A stretch of DNA of 64,000 bases, taken from positions 33,749-97,748 of the forward strand of contig JBGSVZ010000102.1 in assembly GCA_041752695.1 (NCBI GenBank), in the 5' to 3' direction. Source of the DNA: Terrimicrobiaceae bacterium (GTDB taxonomy: Bacteria > Verrucomicrobiota > Verrucomicrobiia > Chthoniobacterales > Terrimicrobiaceae). The notes below the pieces were generated by a model. The model saw nothing but the letters and a program-made list of their open reading frames with translations, did no database searches and was not told where the DNA came from. How positions within the stretch are numbered: the first letter of the stretch is position 1; every line of letters starts with the position of its first letter. The position numbers and the translations under genes were made by a program. Positions 61,288 to 64,000 of the stretch are shown here, piece after piece.

Positions 61288-62037
61288 TCACTCCGGGGGT
61301 TGTTCCAGATAGCTGCGGAAGGCTGCCAGGAGATCCTTCGAGCGTTGGTCGCCAAAATTGGTTAGTTCCTCAAGGGCTGTCTGACCGTCCTCTTTATTGA
61401 GCAAAAGCCGGTGAATATTGGGAATGGTGACGTAAAGCTCCAGATACCGCAGGATTTCGAAAGCCGTCTGGATGGCGAGTTGAGCCTTGGTCACAAAAAA
61501 CGGATTCCCCCCTCGCCCGCCCGTCAAAGAAACCGCCGTATCCACGATGACTTTGGCGTAGGTGGAAGCGGGAACATCCGGGTTGCCCGTGAGATTGATC
61601 GTATGAGACGGACGCCAGAGTATGTCTTTTCCTACGGGCCGGGTTTGCAGCAATACGAGATCGTTAGAACGGCCGAAATGTGCAGCCATTTTGACGAGGA
61701 TCTCCCAATATAGGCCTTTCTGGTCGAGGCAGATGCCGCCCCAGTTTTTGACATTCTGGAAAAGCTGGAAGGTCAACGTGTTGATCGCGGACTGAGTTTT
61801 TCCCGAACCTGTGCGCCCGGTGATGAGCCACCCCCGAACGAAATCCTCCATGGTCCAGGAAAGTCCGCCGAGTCGGACGATGATTTTTCCAGAATGGTCC
61901 GCGGACACCATCGCCCATGTGCCAAAGACAGCGCAAAGCGCGACGACCATGTAGGACAGCGGAGGAGAGAGGAAGAGAAACGCCGTGATCGCGCCACATG
62001 CACATAATACCGCGAGAAATGAATCAAGGATTTTCAT
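61288..62037 (-). pseudogene. virD4: VirD4/TraG-like coupling protein, 5' part
   Basis: Two N-terminal TM helices, Walker A ITGRTGSGKT, LDQKG; the stop codon is the TGA of the IS end. Confidence 0.85.
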
Positions 62038-62275
62038 CGACTGATCGAGGTTCGAGGACGGAAAGCAGGAAATCGAACAACCGTCGGTTGGGGTCGGGAA
62101 TGCTCTGGGTATAGGCTTTAAAATTCACCGTTGTGATGGCGGAGCCGTCATCGAAGGTCTGATGGGAAAATCCGTCCACGTTCGCCGGACGGAACGCAAA
62201 ATTCTCACAGAGGATGAATTCAGAACTTCTGGTTCGTCTGCCGTTGGGCAACTGACTGGGTGCTTCGAGTGGCAT
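62024..62275 (-). CDS. Small hypothetical protein (83 aa) between relaxase and coupling protein
   Basis: Fills the gap and overlaps both neighbours; no recognisable motif. Confidence 0.4.
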   Translation of the reverse strand: MPLEAPSQLPNGRRTRSSEFILCENFAFRPANVDGFSHQTFDDGSAITTVNFKAYTQSIPDPNRRLFDFLLSVLEPRSVDENP

Positions 62276-63341
62276 AAGAATGGAATCCGTGGAGTTGGGT
62301 GTAGCGTTTGTGCGCGGTGCGGTAGTCGCGCTTGATCTTGAAAAGGAGGGCCTGCATTTCGCGAAGCGAACGGGCCTCTACTTTCGTCGCGATTTTTTCG
62401 ATGGATCGCGTGAGCTTCGGTTTCCGTCCGCTGAGAAACCTCGACAGGTAGTTGACGTTGCGTTGGGCAGCTTGGTATTGCCGTTTGGCAGCGATCGCGG
62501 CCTCCAGGTTCCGAATGCTCTGGTACAAATTCTGCAACCGAATGGCCTCGGTTGTCTGTGTGCTGCGAAGGGCTTGCAGATGCGCTGTATTGAGACGCGG
62601 AGCGAATACAAATCGATCTGAGTCGAGCCGGCTCGAAATTGTTTGTTGAATTTTCTCCGGTGAACTCAAAATCTTTTGCCACCGCTGGTTCTCCTGTTCG
62701 AACCAGGACCGAATGCGGTCCATCTGCCGCTTGTGTTTGGTTTGGCTGAAGCGGGACGTGCTGCAACCGACATAACTGCCCTTTTCGGTACGCGGACAAA
62801 GTGCGACATGGACATGAAGATGGGCCGTGTCGTGGTGGAGACCGTAGGCGTACCCAACGGAATCGCCGGGGTGGAATGTTTCCGCGAACCTGCGCATGAT
62901 CTTTTTCATCGTCGCGTGCAGCACTTGGTCGGGATTGATGCCTGCTGCTACCAGTGCGTTGTGTTGTTCGGTGGACATCGAAAAAATCATCCGATGGGCA
63001 ATCACCGGGCGTTGTGCCTGCGAGGCGAATTGCCCCAAGTGGCGCTGCCAAGTTTCAACAGTGCGACGTTTGCGTTCCTCATTGGAAAGCCGCGACGGAG
63101 CGGTGCTAGATCCATCCGGGTTGATGCGGATGAGATCGTGGAAAAATCCGCCGACGTGAACTTGCCCGAGAGTTTCTTTGGAAGCGTAGTCGGTGAATCC
63201 TTTCAGCTTCTTTCCGATCTGCTGATCCATGGCCGCATGCTCGCGTAGCGAAATTTTCCGGCCGGAAGTTTCATCGAGGTATTCCAGATCCAGCCGTCCG
63301 CGGGCGGTGGATTTGTGCGCGAAGATCTGCCCGTTCTTCAT
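62220..63341 (-). CDS. HUH relaxase (MOB_P-like)
   Basis: HRMIFSMS, YAYGLHHDTAHLHVHVAL (HxDxxHxHxH), N-terminal Tyr candidates, coiled-coil C-terminus. Confidence 0.82.
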   Translation of the reverse strand: MKNGQIFAHKSTARGRLDLEYLDETSGRKISLREHAAMDQQIGKKLKGFTDYASKETLGQVHVGGFFHDLIRINPDGSSTAPSRLSNEERKRRTVETWQRHLGQFASQAQRPVIAHRMIFSMSTEQHNALVAAGINPDQVLHATMKKIMRRFAETFHPGDSVGYAYGLHHDTAHLHVHVALCPRTEKGSYVGCSTSRFSQTKHKRQMDRIRSWFEQENQRWQKILSSPEKIQQTISSRLDSDRFVFAPRLNTAHLQALRSTQTTEAIRLQNLYQSIRNLEAAIAAKRQYQAAQRNVNYLSRFLSGRKPKLTRSIEKIATKVEARSLREMQALLFKIKRDYRTAHKRYTQLHGFHSYATRSTQSVAQRQTNQKF

Positions 63342-63568
63342 TGGAAGGATTCCAAAAGACGCTGAACTTCTTTGACCCCGGCTTCGATGCGTCCGAGTGC
63401 AGCGGGATCGATTTTGTCCTGGGTCGATACCGAATACAGAATCGCCTGGAAAGTTTGAGTCTTGGTTTTGAACCCAAGCGTGGCATGGAGCGATTCGAAA
63501 CGCAGTTTTGCGTCGAGTGGGATATCGAGAGCAAATTGGACGATTCCAGGCTGGGATTTGCGGGGCAT
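63338..63568 (-). CDS. MobC/ribbon-helix-helix-like relaxosome accessory protein (76 aa)
   Basis: Strand-helix-helix pattern (VQFALDIPLDAKLRFESLHATLGFKTKTQTFQAIL); ATGA-coupled to the relaxase; next to oriT. Confidence 0.55.
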   Translation of the reverse strand: MPRKSQPGIVQFALDIPLDAKLRFESLHATLGFKTKTQTFQAILYSVSTQDKIDPAALGRIEAGVKEVQRLLESFQ

Positions 63569-63693
63569 GAGGGATTTAAGGGGTTGAAAGTTGGGAGCGA
63601 ATGCGTTGAAAGAATGAGCCGGAGGCGAATGCCCTCTGGAGCGTGCCTGACACGCGGAGGAACGGCGGGAAAATAGCGAACGCGACCCGCCCC

Positions 63694-63723
63694 GCACTTT
63701 CCCTAGGGAAAGTGCTATCCTGT
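63694..63723 (+). other. Putative oriT with nic site
   Basis: Perfect 22-bp palindrome GCACTTTCCCTAGGGAAAGTGC (63694-63715) followed directly by TATCCTG^T, matching the MOB_P/RP4-type YATCCTG^Y nick consensus. Confidence 0.8.
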
Positions 63724-64000
63724 ATTACCTCTAACCTACGAACAGGGTTGATGAGGTCAGGGCTGGCAGAGTGCCGGGATGCGTTCACCGGGTTGAACGC
63801 GAAAGGTAAAACGGCTGGCAGATTCAGGGATTTCCATGGTGAAAGAGGTAATGTCCGGCTCTCGGACTGGATAAACCCGCCGATTGATGAATGGCCGGGA
63901 GCGAAGCGGACGCCTTTCATCAATGGGCGGTCATGGCGCAAATCGCCGTCCCAGGTGAGCTGATTTGCGGGGTTTGCGATGGCAGCCAAGGCGAGAGGTC

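Larger units (their letters stand above)
60044..61290 (+). mobile_element. IS3-family insertion sequence (1247 bp) with a 3-bp target duplication CTC
   Basis: Ends TGAGGTGCGCGAGATTTCTGGACC and TGAGGTGCAACTGATTTTTGGACC; CTC at 60041-60043 and 61291-61293. Confidence 0.95.
1..63723 (-). mobile_element. Putative integrative conjugative element, interior only; transfer modules flank a large sugar-utilisation cargo
   Basis: oriT, MobC-like, relaxase and VirD4 genes lie at the right and pilin, VirB3-like and VirB4-like genes at the left, all on the minus strand. No integrase or att sites are visible, so the ends lie outside the window. Confidence 0.7.

Noticed and set aside
6393..61290. Both IS3 ends supply an in-frame TGA stop and share TGAGGTG, suggesting a composite transposon or programmed switch
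   Set aside because: The two elements differ in length, sequence and target duplication (AAG versus CTC). Each has its own duplication, so they inserted independently; the in-frame stops are plausibly chance.
63576..63989. ORFs on both strands at the right edge
   Set aside because: They overlap the oriT, lack motifs and cannot be judged at the window edge.
1..64000. CRISPR arrays, rRNA, tRNA, integrase
   Set aside because: I saw no regularly spaced repeats, structural RNA signatures or recombinase motifs by eye.

Overview
This GC-rich window looks like Verrucomicrobiota (Chthoniobacterales-like) DNA; that is an inference from the Verru_Chthon pilin-like cassette and a PEP-CTERM protein. It reads as the interior of an integrative conjugative element (ICE). 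Right end, minus strand: a palindrome plus TATCCTG oriT/nic site, a MobC/RHH-like protein, an HUH relaxase, a VirD4-like coupling protein split by an IS3 element, and a ClpB-D2-like AAA+ ATPase. Left end, minus strand: a LytS/LytTR two-component pair, a 9-12-9 LytTR-type direct repeat, then XRE regulator, VirB2-like pilin, VirB3-like protein and a VirB4-like gene running off the window. Between them lies about 54 kb of carbohydrate-utilisation cargo: GH95-like (split by a second IS3), GH36, GH63-like, GH20, GH2, GH29-like and cellulase-like hydrolases, five intact acetyl/SGNH esterases, SSS and RhaT transporters, a GntR-solute-binding regulator, a PEP-CTERM protein, a rearranged Verru_Chthon cassette, and a non-phosphorylative 6-deoxyhexose catabolic operon. 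Divergent from that operon is a three-domain desaturase(MocD)-Rieske(MocE)-NqrF-type reductase fusion, a candidate self-sufficient sugar O-demethylase. A shared 15-bp motif precedes seven cargo transcription units. All family assignments come from motif recognition by eye; no searches were run.
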